Virus record (IMG/VR): IMGVR_UViG_3300033182_000674
Span: 1 to 64,000 of that record
DNA length: 64,000 bases
Direction: 5' to 3' (one strand)
The first letter of the stretch is position 1. Each line of letters opens with the position of its first letter. A program made the translations under genes and the position numbers. The notes beneath the pieces are model-generated. The model saw only the letters and a list, made by a program, of their open reading frames with translations. It searched no databases and was not told the origin of the DNA. Positions 1 to 9,967 of the stretch are shown here, in pieces.

Positions 1-1
1 A

Positions 2-787
2 GAAGCATTAAAAGAATTGGCTAAGGTGCCAAGTAATGCAATGGATGCTATTAATGATTTCCCTTGGTTAAGAGCAACTGCATTTGTTGCAGCTGGTGGA
101 TCAATGGAAGTAAGTGGTGCTAAAGTATATGCTAAGAGTAATGATGCGCCACCAAGTGCAGAAAAAACAGTTACAAAAGCAGAAGCAGTTAAACAAATTG
201 CAGCTAAGACACCAAGTGGTTCAACCGAATGGACACCAATGTCTCATAAAGATCCTAATTATAAAGGACCTCAAAAAGCTACTATTTTAGGTAAAGGTGC
301 TTTAACAAAAGAACAAATTCGTGAAGGTATTAAAGACGGATCTATAAAAAGATCACTTGGTAATAAAGCGCTTAAAGTAATTGATATGAAAGAAAAAGCG
401 CATAAGGTTGCTGTTGCACAAGCTGCAAAAGGTGAAAAAGGTCCAGTGAAAGCAACACTACAAGGTGGCGAAGTTACTGAAGTTAAAACTCTACCTGAAA
501 AAGGTCCAGTTGATGTAACAAATAAACCTAGCGTTTTGGATACCTTTATTAAGACTGCCGAAGATAGTAATTTAGATATTGCTAGAATTAAAGATACCAG
601 AAGAGCTGATTTTATGCAAGCTCGTAATATAGAAAATCAGGAGATGAATAGACCATCATCTCCTGTTCTCAATCATGTAATGTCTGGCGGGAATACCACC
701 AATAATACCAGTAATACAACTGTTCTTAATCAGGGTGGTACTCCTAGCGCCAGTGATACAAGCGATAAGCCTTACTTTGTTTGGTAA
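2..787 (+). CDS. 3' part of a large structural protein, possibly baseplate hub/tail-length type; 5'-truncated by the window
   Basis: Frame is open from position 2; low-complexity N/T/S-rich C-terminus; converges on gp32. Function inferred from context only. Confidence 0.35.
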   Translation, partial: EALKELAKVPSNAMDAINDFPWLRATAFVAAGGSMEVSGAKVYAKSNDAPPSAEKTVTKAEAVKQIAAKTPSGSTEWTPMSHKDPNYKGPQKATILGKGALTKEQIREGIKDGSIKRSLGNKALKVIDMKEKAHKVAVAQAAKGEKGPVKATLQGGEVTEVKTLPEKGPVDVTNKPSVLDTFIKTAEDSNLDIARIKDTRRADFMQARNIENQEMNRPSSPVLNHVMSGGNTTNNTSNTTVLNQGGTPSASDTSDKPYFVW

Positions 788-1717
788 TTAATCGTCATTA
801 ACCAATTTAGCAAAGTAGCTCATTGTATCATCTTCGGTTTCATCAACCATTGATGCTGCTTCTGCAGTACGCTCTTCAGCAGTAAAAGGTGCTGGTTCAG
901 CTGCTTTAAAATCATTAGCAGGCATTTCATCAGTCATCTTTACTTCTTCACGAAGAGATGGTGCACCAGCATTAGCTTCTTCACCAAGAACACTTACCAA
1001 TTTAGCTTTAAGCTCATCATATGATTTATAGTTCTTAGGATCAGTGAAGTCACGTAGATCATGCATAGAGTTATAGATCTTCTCCAACTCTTCATCGCTT
1101 TGTGATACTGCTGATACTTCCGCAAATTCAGATTTATCATAGTTACGATAACCTTCCACATCACGAATCTTCAACTTGAAGTTAGCACCTTCCCAGAAAT
1201 CAAATGGATTTACTGGAGTTTCATCATCAAACTCTGGTTGCATAGCATCCATCAACTTATCAAAGATCTTTTTACCATACTGATAAAGGAATACTTTACC
1301 TTCATTAGCAGGATTACCTGGATCATTAACAACCATTATATTCGAAACATAATGTAGACGACGCTTTTGAACACGTGCTTTTTGTTTATCAGATTCTAGA
1401 CCTGTATTCCACAAACGGCTGTTTAATTCACCAACTGGATCATTTTGACCAATAGAAGTCAATGAACGTTCAATGTACCATTTACCGGTAGGACCTTTAA
1501 AACCATGATCCCAATAACGATTCCACGGTAGATCTGAACCTTCTGAGGCGGGGAGGAAACGGATAACGGCATAACCGTTGTTAGACTTATCTACGGTTGG
1601 TTTCCAGAATCGGTCATCACCGTAGCTTTGTTTGTTTTGGTTGCCACCAACAGATTCTGCTGCTTGAACCAACTTACTGATTTGATCGCGATTGCGCTTA
1701 AGATTAGCAAAAGACAT
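788..1717 (-). CDS. 32: T4-like single-stranded DNA-binding protein gp32
   Basis: DDRFWKPTVDK, GYAVIRFLPA, HGFKGPTGKWYIE, FDFWEGANFKLKIR, NYDKSEF motifs and acidic C-terminal tail. Confidence 0.97.
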   Translation of the reverse strand: MSFANLKRNRDQISKLVQAAESVGGNQNKQSYGDDRFWKPTVDKSNNGYAVIRFLPASEGSDLPWNRYWDHGFKGPTGKWYIERSLTSIGQNDPVGELNSRLWNTGLESDKQKARVQKRRLHYVSNIMVVNDPGNPANEGKVFLYQYGKKIFDKLMDAMQPEFDDETPVNPFDFWEGANFKLKIRDVEGYRNYDKSEFAEVSAVSQSDEELEKIYNSMHDLRDFTDPKNYKSYDELKAKLVSVLGEEANAGAPSLREEVKMTDEMPANDFKAAEPAPFTAEERTAEAASMVDETEDDTMSYFAKLVNDD

Positions 1718-1787
1718 ATGTATTCTCCTTGTATTGCTGTATTGTTACTGAAATATTATACACCATATTAACTATAATGTACATAGT

Positions 1788-1795
1788 TATTTATA
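1788..1795 (-). promoter_or_regulatory. T4-type late promoter TATAAATA upstream of gp32
   Basis: tatttata on + strand in the gp33-gp32 spacer; matches the gp55 late promoter consensus. Confidence 0.7.
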
Positions 1796-1800
1796 GCGAT

Positions 1801-2058
1801 TTAATCAAAAAGTAGAGTATTTTGTTTCGGTAAGAAATTTAATTCTTGAGCTTCAACTTCTATTTTTTGTTTTATTGATGGCGAGATATATTTCTTTATA
1901 TCTGCTGGATCAATTTGAGTTTCCTCACACATATGAACAACTGCATCAATATAAGATAATCGAGTATCTCTTACACAGTTCTCAATGAGTTTGGTAAATT
2001 TAGCTTTAGTCATGAAATTAGCATCATCTTCTTTCTTTGGCTTTTCTTCTTCTGTCAT
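1801..2058 (-). CDS. 33: Late transcription coactivator gp33
   Basis: KFTKLIE...SYIDAVVHMCEE..ID....KYISPSIKQKIEVEAQELNFLPK pattern; next to gp32. Confidence 0.9.
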   Translation of the reverse strand: MTEEEKPKKEDDANFMTKAKFTKLIENCVRDTRLSYIDAVVHMCEETQIDPADIKKYISPSIKQKIEVEAQELNFLPKQNTLLFD

Positions 2059-3215
2059 TTGTCAACTACCCTTAATAAGATTGTATCTTCGTTAATTCGC
2101 CCATTAGCTACTGTTGTTTTTGTAGTAAGATTACTCCATTCCTTATTAATTTGCAATGGTGTTTTCTTTAATACAATTTTTAAGAAGTCTTCAGGCTTTC
2201 TAAGTTTAGTTGACCTACTTTGTTCTACATCAATGCCTTGAATAGTTGTACCTTTAACTTCAAGGCCATCTGCTTTAATTGTTACTAATTCAGATAATGT
2301 TCTATTCTTAGTATTGAATACATAGAGTCTAAATGATCCAGGTATCGACATTGGATCAATTGAAGCCAACTTGTATTCGTTATCTTCCTTCTTATATTTA
2401 AGTTTAGCAACTTGTTTATCTGCTGTACGTGGTTTCTTAACACGTGTTTTACGAGTTGCTTTCTTAGCATTAAGGAAGTTATCACAATCATTAATAATTT
2501 CTGTAATGAATGCTAGGAATTTCTTTTGTTGTGGTTTGGACATAAAGGAATAACCTTCAGCCAATTGAGATTGCATATCATCTTGCTGACTTGCAGTTGG
2601 TAGATCAACTAATTCTTGTAAATCAGCTTGTAATGGTGTATATACATCTTTAATGTTTCTTGCCATTTGTGCTGATGCTTCAACTTTTTTCAATTCATTA
2701 AACATTGAAAACTTACCATCATGCTTACCAGCAATAAAGTCATCAATAAGACCTTCTACATTTTCACCAAGATAATCATTTGTTTTCTCTTTTATGATTT
2801 CAGTTGGAGATTTCCGTACTACTTCTGGTGCGTCTTCATCAGAAGTTTCAACATAATTTTCTTCTGCTTTCTTTTTTAGATTTTCTACATACTCATCCCA
2901 AGCACGAGTAAAGTTCCAATTATCAGGTAATGGAAACTCTTTTTTTAACCATAAAATAGAAGAAGCAATCCAAACAGGATGATGGAACATCCACTCAGGA
3001 TTATGTGTGATAAGATATGATGCTTCATTTTTAGGAAAGATCTCCTTAATGTAGTTTTTAATTGTAGTAGAGATTTCTTTATTATCACATTCATTGCGAA
3101 TATAATAATTGAAGTCTTGAAAACTTGTAATAGGCGCTGTTGCCAGACCAGTCTTAGGACGTCTAGCAAAACGCTGTGTTTTCTTTTTCTTAGTTGATAT
3201 AGACTTCAATGACAT
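2055..3215 (-). CDS. Conserved T4-like phage protein of unknown function (386 aa)
   Basis: Long ORF translationally coupled to gp33; C-terminal VFNTKNRTL..KGTTIQG..KLRKPE..GRINEDTILL pattern recalled from marine T4-like phages. Confidence 0.6.
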   Translation of the reverse strand: MSLKSISTKKKKTQRFARRPKTGLATAPITSFQDFNYYIRNECDNKEISTTIKNYIKEIFPKNEASYLITHNPEWMFHHPVWIASSILWLKKEFPLPDNWNFTRAWDEYVENLKKKAEENYVETSDEDAPEVVRKSPTEIIKEKTNDYLGENVEGLIDDFIAGKHDGKFSMFNELKKVEASAQMARNIKDVYTPLQADLQELVDLPTASQQDDMQSQLAEGYSFMSKPQQKKFLAFITEIINDCDNFLNAKKATRKTRVKKPRTADKQVAKLKYKKEDNEYKLASIDPMSIPGSFRLYVFNTKNRTLSELVTIKADGLEVKGTTIQGIDVEQSRSTKLRKPEDFLKIVLKKTPLQINKEWSNLTTKTTVANGRINEDTILLRVVDK

Positions 3216-3275
3216 AAGTATAACTCCACATTCAAAGATATATTATAATATAGTTTCATAACAAAGTAAACAGTT

Positions 3276-3497
3276 TTATACTATTTCGTCTACAATATTT
3301 TCTCGTGACTTAATAATATTAGCATTTTTATCATATAACTCATACTTAGCAGAAGACAATGGCGTAACAATGTGGCCTTTTCCAGTCACATTGGTATGCT
3401 TATGTAATTCCATCTGATTTGTTATGGGATTAATCTTAGTGTATTGACTCAAAACTTGCATATTATATAGATCTGCTGTATTTACATTATCGGTCAT
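3276..3497 (-). CDS. Hypothetical protein (73 aa)
   Basis: ORF in co-oriented gene string, overlaps the upstream gene. Confidence 0.5.
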   Translation of the reverse strand: MTDNVNTADLYNMQVLSQYTKINPITNQMELHKHTNVTGKGHIVTPLSSAKYELYDKNANIIKSRENIVDEIV

Positions 3498-3690
3498 ATT
3501 CGTTTAGTTTAATCAGTTCAACTTCACCGTCCATGTTGATTTGATGTTTAACATATCCTTCATCAATTAACCAATCAATAACGTTACCGATTTTTTCTTC
3601 GTCATTCTTTCGACCGAGATGATAACCGCAAAAGACGAGAACGCCACCATAAATTAGTGTTGAGAATAAAGTATCTAATGGTAAATCCAT
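3487..3690 (-). CDS. Small membrane protein
   Basis: GGAG RBS; one N-terminal hydrophobic helix. Confidence 0.6.
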   Translation of the reverse strand: MDLPLDTLFSTLIYGGVLVFCGYHLGRKNDEEKIGNVIDWLIDEGYVKHQINMDGEVELIKLNEYDR

Positions 3691-3723
3691 GATGAGTTCT
3701 CCTTTTATAGTTATTTTAATTAT

Positions 3724-3999
3724 TTATACAGAATCAGCAATTACTTTTACATCATTAATGCTTGATAATGCAAAACTACGCCAACCTTCTTTTTCTATAT
3801 CCCATACTGGTAGAACATTAACATTAACAACACGGTCTTTGCTTTCTTCTTTTAATGCTTGAGCAACTTTTTCAGGCATACGATTAGTATCCAAAGTACA
3901 ACGCATTACACGTTCAGTACCATCTTTCTTTTGAAAGTTAACTTCCAAAATATTTTCACGAGCCAAGTCAGCTATAAATTCGCGATTAAACTTCATCAT
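3724..3999 (-). CDS. WYL_2/SH3-like small phage protein
   Basis: VNFQKKDGTERVMRCTL ... VWDIEKEGWRSF signature. Confidence 0.75.
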   Translation of the reverse strand: MMKFNREFIADLARENILEVNFQKKDGTERVMRCTLDTNRMPEKVAQALKEESKDRVVNVNVLPVWDIEKEGWRSFALSSINDVKVIADSV

Positions 4000-4339
4000 A
4001 TAATTTATCTCCAATTAACCAATCAATTTCTAAAATGTTTTCTGGCATTTCACATAAACATTGTAATGTACCACTAGAGTTTTCAACATAATCGTTTAAT
4101 ACTCCACCAGCATATGAACCAAGTTCTCCATAACCTTTTTTATGACATGAATACACTGATCCAGATGTGCCTTTAAATAGATAGTTATCACCTTCTAATT
4201 TGACACTTACAATACCAGAATTCATACGCCATGAATCACCGTCAACAAAACTACCACGCCATGAACCAAAAACTCTATAATGTGGATCAGTACCTGTTAT
4301 CTTAACTAGTACCCAACCATCAGGATTATATTCATTCAT
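3986..4339 (-). CDS. Conserved phage hypothetical protein
   Basis: YNPDGWVLVKI..YRVFGSWRG.F.DGDSWRMNSGI motif; start refined to MNEYNPD. Confidence 0.65.
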   Translation of the reverse strand: MNEYNPDGWVLVKITGTDPHYRVFGSWRGSFVDGDSWRMNSGIVSVKLEGDNYLFKGTSGSVYSCHKKGYGELGSYAGGVLNDYVENSSGTLQCLCEMPENILEIDWLIGDKLYDEV

Positions 4340-4529
4340 TATAACCAATCCTCTTTGATAATACTTTATCGATTGAAATAAGTTGATCTTGACCAAGTGA
4401 CTTTGCAACTTTAGCCATTATACCACTAGTTTCTGTAGATGGTAATGCATCAATTAAAGCTTTGATTGTAACTCTACATGCAGCTAGTTCTCCACGTGCT
4501 TCTGAACATTCAAAAAAATAATCGTCCAT
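4332..4529 (-). CDS. Hypothetical protein (65 aa)
   Basis: GAGG RBS; fits the operon. Confidence 0.55.
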   Translation of the reverse strand: MDDYFFECSEARGELAACRVTIKALIDALPSTETSGIMAKVAKSLGQDQLISIDKVLSKRIGYNE

Positions 4530-4530
4530 A

Positions 4531-4926
4531 TTAACCTCTTCTCATTTTAGAAATTTCTTCAGCTTGTTCTTGATTAATAACAGGTACTGCATTTGATTTG
4601 TGCATTGTCGCAATACCTGTTACTAATGTGCCAGTATATTTACTTGATTCAACTTTACCAGTACAACAACCACCTGCGTCTAAGCTAGGATAATTTGGTG
4701 TTTCTCTACGATAGACACTAGCTGGTTTATAATCATTTGTCTTTGGCTGTGTAGTTTTTACTTTACCATGACAATAATCAATATATTCTTGAAGAGTCAA
4801 TCGTTCATTATGACGATGTTGTTGCTTTAATCGTTTATTAAATTTACGATGCTCAACAATATACTTATCAAGTTGTACTTTAGTTATTTTCATTAAACAA
4901 TAATACCTGTCACTGCTTGACGCCAA
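4531..4926 (-). CDS. Conserved T4-like hypothetical protein
   Basis: C-terminal YTGTLVTGIATMHKSNAVPV motif; true start probably MKITKV. Confidence 0.7.
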   Translation of the reverse strand: MASSSDRYYCLMKITKVQLDKYIVEHRKFNKRLKQQHRHNERLTLQEYIDYCHGKVKTTQPKTNDYKPASVYRRETPNYPSLDAGGCCTGKVESSKYTGTLVTGIATMHKSNAVPVINQEQAEEISKMRRG

Positions 4927-5159
4927 GCTGATTCTACGTCATCATTAGTCTTTACCATAAAGACCACTGAACGGAATGCAACCTCACTAGGATTATTTTT
5001 ACCAGTAAGTGCTACACCATTTGCAAAACCCATACCTTGTTCGTTTTGAACTAGCATACGAGGATCTTCTAAGACAACAACACTGTCATTATCTTCTTTA
5101 AGTTTACCAACAAATTCACCTGAAATTGTTAGTACCGTTACGACATCACCTTTTTCCAT
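4893..5159 (-). CDS. Sm-like-fold small protein
   Basis: GDVVTVLTISGEFVGKL...LEDPRML beta-rich pattern; GGAG RBS. Confidence 0.55.
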   Translation of the reverse strand: MEKGDVVTVLTISGEFVGKLKEDNDSVVVLEDPRMLVQNEQGMGFANGVALTGKNNPSEVAFRSVVFMVKTNDDVESAWRQAVTGIIV

Positions 5160-5333
5160 TTTAAGCTCCTATTAAGTTTGTAAGATAAACGACCAAAAAG
5201 ACAAGGAATACAATAGGAGCTAACTTCCATAAAACTTTAACTGTAGCAGCTGCCACACCAAAGAAAAATCCAATTAACAAACCTAGGATACCTAATCCTA
5301 AAATAGCACTATATAATACTTCAAATTCTTGCA

Positions 5334-5732
5334 TTATTTTTCCATTAAAACATCATATATTGGTTTAATAAAGTCTTGCTTATCTGCATTAATATCTTCT
5401 TTTTGTGCAGCAATCCAAGCTTTACGATCTAACGCTTGCAAACCCATCAATTCCTGTTCTAAGTAATCTGCTGCATCACGCAAATCATTTACAATATTAA
5501 ATGTTTTTTTAATATCATCTTTATCATCAAATGGCACGATGTCTGTGTTTGGAACAACTTGCATTTCAATTTCTTCTTTTGCAAGGTCTTCCCAAGTTAA
5601 TAACATCTCTTCGCCATCGTCTTCATCATGAGTCCATACATGAAGATGAATACCTTTATCACTAACAAAAGGCATGAATTCTAATCTATGGTTAACTCTA
5701 AGTTTAAATGTACTTGACATAATTAATCCCAT
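5334..5732 (-). CDS. Hypothetical acidic protein
   Basis: ORF in operon; start probably MSSTFK. Confidence 0.55.
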   Translation of the reverse strand: MGLIMSSTFKLRVNHRLEFMPFVSDKGIHLHVWTHDEDDGEEMLLTWEDLAKEEIEMQVVPNTDIVPFDDKDDIKKTFNIVNDLRDAADYLEQELMGLQALDRKAWIAAQKEDINADKQDFIKPIYDVLMEK

Positions 5733-6007
5733 TCGTTATCAAAACGAGTTGTTTCACGATAAACTTCGCCATAATGCTTTTCAGCATATTTTTCAGAATC
5801 AGTCCAAGCATTGATATTAGTATAATCATCTGCTGGAATATCTTTTTCATATTTAGATTCAACAGTATCTGTCCAACGTTGAGCTCGACGTCCAGCAACT
5901 TTAACTTTATTACTTGCTTTTTTAATAGCTTGTAATTTTTGCTGACGCTGTGCAATGTGTTTGATCATATTGTAACGAGCTTCTTTTTGTTCAGGAGTCA
6001 TATTCAT
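5723..6007 (-). CDS. Hypothetical protein (94 aa)
   Basis: AAGG RBS; C-terminal YGEVYRETTRFDNEWD. Confidence 0.6.
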   Translation of the reverse strand: MNMTPEQKEARYNMIKHIAQRQQKLQAIKKASNKVKVAGRRAQRWTDTVESKYEKDIPADDYTNINAWTDSEKYAEKHYGEVYRETTRFDNEWD

Positions 6008-6043
6008 ACCTTTTTCATTAATGAAGATTAATTATAAACTAGT

Positions 6044-6544
6044 TTACTTGATTTGTAAACCTTTTTGTTTGTTAATTTTGAGACAATTTTCGACTTTGTA
6101 ATTGCAGTATTTGAAACCACGTGTTGACATATAAGAATCACTTAATTCTTTTTCTAAGCGATGAGCTTCTGTTTCCCAAGGACGATTCTTATAAGACATA
6201 TTAGTATAATACTTTTTAGTACGAAAACGAGTGGTTGAAGGATCACGTGCATATTCATATAATTCTTTACGTGCGTATTGACGTACATGAACCATTTCAT
6301 GGCAAAGTGTTGCAACAAATTCTGACATTTTGATATTAGGATCAATACGAATAGTAAATGTACGATCGTCAATATGTTCACAATCGCCAAAGACACCTTC
6401 TTTGTAGAGTAGTCCTGGAACCAACTCGAGGGTCAGATCGAGGTTATTCATGCGAGGGAATAGGTTATCCTTAGTAAAAGAACAAATATCCTCTGCGAGG
6501 TTTCTGACCTTTTTGGTGGCACCTTTAGAATTAAAGAAAATCAT
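6044..6544 (-). CDS. Zincin-like metallopeptidase (HExxH)
   Basis: TLCHEMVHVRQY plus downstream PWETEA; directly downstream of a promoter cassette. Confidence 0.75.
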   Translation of the reverse strand: MIFFNSKGATKKVRNLAEDICSFTKDNLFPRMNNLDLTLELVPGLLYKEGVFGDCEHIDDRTFTIRIDPNIKMSEFVATLCHEMVHVRQYARKELYEYARDPSTTRFRTKKYYTNMSYKNRPWETEAHRLEKELSDSYMSTRGFKYCNYKVENCLKINKQKGLQIK

Positions 6545-6561
6545 TTAAGAGAAACTCCGGC

Positions 6562-6676
6562 TTTTCCAATTTATAGTGCTATTCTACCACAGTTTTCCGG
6601 AAATGTACACTGTTTTTTTCATTATTTTTTCCTTATAAATCAATGGCTTAGAGCACATTTTCGTAAGCCATTGATT
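6562..6676 (-). repeat. Promoter/stem-loop cassette copy 1 (PeSL-like)
   Basis: 13-bp perfect inverted repeat AATCAATGGCTTA (6638-6650)/TAAGCCATTGATT (6664-6676); -35 TGTACA, 17 nt, -10 TAGAAT on minus strand. Confidence 0.85.
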
Positions 6677-6719
6677 CTAAAGGGTTTTTTCTTTATAAAA
6701 GTTTTTTATAGAGATATAA

Positions 6720-7013
6720 TTATTTGTTATAAATGCCTTGGAGGAAGGTCTCAAACTGCTCAACCTTAGCCAACCTATTAGGCCAATGGATATAGTCCTT
6801 CTCAGGGTTCTTCTTGAGGTTATTCAGCAACGGAATGATGGCATTATATAGATTATCCACCTTGTCCTGTAGAGAGGCTGCAGAGGCCTGAGATGCCTCA
6901 GCCTGAGTGGTAATCTCCTGAATCTTTTCAAGCTCATCTTCAGTTACTGCCGTAAATCCAAAATCAAATAAATCGTCTGACATAATTACTCCTTGGCTTT
7001 TGCCGTTCTCCAT
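6720..7013 (-). CDS. Conserved T4-like hypothetical protein
   Basis: MSDDLFDFGFTAV...IIPLLNNLKKNPEKDYIHWPNR; start probably MSDDL. Confidence 0.65.
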   Translation of the reverse strand: MENGKSQGVIMSDDLFDFGFTAVTEDELEKIQEITTQAEASQASAASLQDKVDNLYNAIIPLLNNLKKNPEKDYIHWPNRLAKVEQFETFLQGIYNK

Positions 7014-7150
7014 TTTTCATATTGAAATAAATTCCAGTGATATTTTACCACATTTGGATGATGTTGTATATAGGGAATTTTCATTCCATATTTTTCAGCG
7101 AACTCTAATAAGAGCTCATCATTTGCTTTTGATATATCTATAAAGTTCAT
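6986..7150 (-). CDS. Small hypothetical protein
   Basis: AAGGA RBS immediately after the last propeller gene; MNFIDISK start. Confidence 0.5.
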   Translation of the reverse strand: MNFIDISKANDELLLEFAEKYGMKIPYIQHHPNVVKYHWNLFQYEKWRTAKAKE

Positions 7151-7157
7151 ATATTCC

Positions 7158-8561
7158 TTAGTATTGCATGCCGCCAGAACCATGTCTGCCTGAGGTTAGA
7201 TTGCCTACATTGACTCCATTTGCATCTGATGCAAATGGAAACTTTTCTACAACGCTTGTTGTGCCTGAACCATTTTGGCCACCACTAACATATCCATGTG
7301 TAGTCGACGATTGTCCAGAACACCCTTCTCTTCCCGTTGGTAAACTAAGAACATTTACAGCAGTTCCGACTGATGCAAATGGAAATTTAGTAACTAAACT
7401 CTGAAAACCTGGATTTCCAGCTGATGTATAGCCATAAGTATCAGATTGATTTCCAGCGGCGTAATGTTGATTCACGCCGGTATCACCAACATTAGTTGCG
7501 TTACCATCTGACGAATACGAGAATTGATCAATAACATTTGTGCCATAACCGCTTGTTGAATAACCATTATTAGTTGATGATACTCCGTTTAATAGTCTTC
7601 GTGCAACAGTTAAATCACCTATATCATATCTTCCAGTGTTATTTACAAAGCCAACTTTCTCAATATCACTGTTTACTGGATTACCTCCAGTTGCATAACC
7701 ATAGTATTCAGATGAATGGCCAGCTGCTTGAACTTTATTTGTTAATCCACTTGCTGAAAATACACCAAATGATTCTGAAGGAAAATGGAATTGTATATAG
7801 GCATTAGAATATAATATTGCACCCCATTCCGGAGCTGACATGCCAACAGCAGGATAACTAATCGATGACCAAGTTGATCCAATTAGTGCCGCATTACCGT
7901 CTGAAGCAAATGAAAATCTATCAAGTGTAGAGCCAGATGCTCCCACACCTGGGTTAGATGATCCTCCTGAAACATAACCACTAACAGTTCCTTGCGCTGT
8001 AAAAGGTATGAAAAATGCTATCGTAAATTCTGACAAAGCAGTTGCTAGATTAGCGCCATCAGATGCTCTAAATGTTATACTAAATATACCACCAGAAGAA
8101 TCATAACCTGCTGATAAAATATCTTCAAGTGACTTAGCGATAATGGTGAATGTACCATTTGAATCATTACTTACTGTAGCAAGATCATTACCAGAATCCG
8201 TAATCGAATAACCCCACTGAATTGGTAGTCCATCTGGATCGGTAGCGGATAGTGTAATACTAGTTGCTATGCCACCAATAGAATCTAGTTCATATTCTGC
8301 ATCTGGCTGACCACCTGAATCCCATGTTGGTGTTTGATTAATTAATGCAATATTATACCAACTAGTGCCAGTCCAAATATAAAGACTATTTGTTTCAGCG
8401 ACATAAGCTTGATCACCAACTTGATTATTAGTCGTCGACAAATCATTTACTTCTGAATAATCTTCAGTGCCTAAAGGAACATCTGATGATATTTTTTCCT
8501 TAGTTAGCTTTTCGTTATCACCTAACAAATTTGCTAAATTTCTACCATTTGATTGAGCCAT
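7158..8561 (-). CDS. Array A paralog 5: anchor/cadherin-like N-module plus degenerate kelch-like propeller
   Basis: Shared PLGTEDY..GDQAYV..LYIWTG..WYNIALIN.TPTWDS module; GY.SGG..KFPFASD repeats; ends GMQY. Confidence 0.8.
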   Translation of the reverse strand: MAQSNGRNLANLLGDNEKLTKEKISSDVPLGTEDYSEVNDLSTTNNQVGDQAYVAETNSLYIWTGTSWYNIALINQTPTWDSGGQPDAEYELDSIGGIATSITLSATDPDGLPIQWGYSITDSGNDLATVSNDSNGTFTIIAKSLEDILSAGYDSSGGIFSITFRASDGANLATALSEFTIAFFIPFTAQGTVSGYVSGGSSNPGVGASGSTLDRFSFASDGNAALIGSTWSSISYPAVGMSAPEWGAILYSNAYIQFHFPSESFGVFSASGLTNKVQAAGHSSEYYGYATGGNPVNSDIEKVGFVNNTGRYDIGDLTVARRLLNGVSSTNNGYSTSGYGTNVIDQFSYSSDGNATNVGDTGVNQHYAAGNQSDTYGYTSAGNPGFQSLVTKFPFASVGTAVNVLSLPTGREGCSGQSSTTHGYVSGGQNGSGTTSVVEKFPFASDANGVNVGNLTSGRHGSGGMQY

Positions 8562-8570
8562 TATTATTCC

Positions 8571-9962
8571 TTAGTATTGTTGTCCAGTACCACTCATAGC
8601 GTATGTCAAATCACCAACATCTGTTGCATTAGCATCTGATGCGAATGGAAACTTATCAATAACGTTTGATGCTCCAGCAGGTGTACCACCACCAGAAGTA
8701 TATCCATAATCAGTAGATGATTGTCCTGCTGGAGAACCTCTATCTACAGACAAAGTTCCGACAGATGTTGCGTTAGCATCTGATGCGAATGAGAACTTGT
8801 CGATGGGATCACCACCAGCAGTATATCCATAGTTAGCAGAGTTTTGTCCTGTTGCTCCAAGTTTACCAACTGTTAGATCTCCGACATCTGTTGAGTTCGC
8901 ATTAGTTGCAAATGGAAACTTTTCGATAACATTTTGAATTGGATGACCAGCACCAGCGAATCCGCCTGTATTATATCCATAATCAGCAGATGATTGTCCT
9001 GCTACGCCGTATTTAGCAGAAGTTAGATCACCAACATCTGTTGCGTTCGAATTAGTTGCAAATGGAAACTTGTCGATGATGTTTGTTACTCCATCACCTC
9101 CAGAAGTATATCCATAATCAGTAGATGATTGTCCTGCTGCATCACGTCTATCAAGAGTTAATTCACCAACACCTGTTGCTGTACCGTCTGCTGCGAATGG
9201 GAATTTATCAATCTTTACATACCATACATTGTAAGTATTACCACCAGAGTTATATCCATATTCAGAAGATGATTGGCCTGCTGTTTCTCCTCTAGCAAGT
9301 GATAATGAACCAACATTTGTTGCATTAGTATCTGATGTTAATGAGAACTTACTAATTATGTTTTGGTTTGAAGTATATCCAAAGTTAGATCCCTGTGCGT
9401 GAGTGCTTGATGCTTTAAATGCTATCGTAAATTCTGACAAAGCTGTTGCAAGGTTTACACCATCAGATGCTCTGAAAGTAACATCAAAAGTACCACCAGA
9501 AGAATCATAACCGGCTGATAAAATATCATCAAGCGACTTAGCGGTAATTGTAAACGTACCGTTTGAATCATTACTTATTGTTGCTAAGTCGTTACCAGAA
9601 TCGGTAATCGAATAAGTCCATTCAATTGGTAGGCCATCTGGATCAGTTGCTGATAGTACGATTGAAGTAGCAGTGCCACCAATTGAATCTAAATCATATG
9701 CAGCTTCTGGTAAACCACCTGAATCCCATGTTGGTGTTTCATTAATCAATGCGATATTATACCAACTTACACCAGTCCAAATATAAAGACGATTCGTTGC
9801 TTCAATATAAACTTGATCGCCCACTTGGTTGTTAGTTGCTGGTAAATCATTTACAGTTGAAATATCTTTAGTACCTAAAGGAACATCCGATGATACACTT
9901 TCTGTAGTTAACTTTTCGTTATCACCTAACAAATTTGCTAAATTTCTACCATTTGACGCCAT
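8571..9962 (-). CDS. Array A paralog 4: N-module plus kelch-like propeller
   Basis: Same N-module; ~46-50 aa repeats GYTSGG..IDKFPFA.D.NATDVGDLT..GQSS; ends GQQY. Confidence 0.85.
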   Translation of the reverse strand: MASNGRNLANLLGDNEKLTTESVSSDVPLGTKDISTVNDLPATNNQVGDQVYIEATNRLYIWTGVSWYNIALINETPTWDSGGLPEAAYDLDSIGGTATSIVLSATDPDGLPIEWTYSITDSGNDLATISNDSNGTFTITAKSLDDILSAGYDSSGGTFDVTFRASDGVNLATALSEFTIAFKASSTHAQGSNFGYTSNQNIISKFSLTSDTNATNVGSLSLARGETAGQSSSEYGYNSGGNTYNVWYVKIDKFPFAADGTATGVGELTLDRRDAAGQSSTDYGYTSGGDGVTNIIDKFPFATNSNATDVGDLTSAKYGVAGQSSADYGYNTGGFAGAGHPIQNVIEKFPFATNANSTDVGDLTVGKLGATGQNSANYGYTAGGDPIDKFSFASDANATSVGTLSVDRGSPAGQSSTDYGYTSGGGTPAGASNVIDKFPFASDANATDVGDLTYAMSGTGQQY

Positions 9963-9967
9963 TTTAA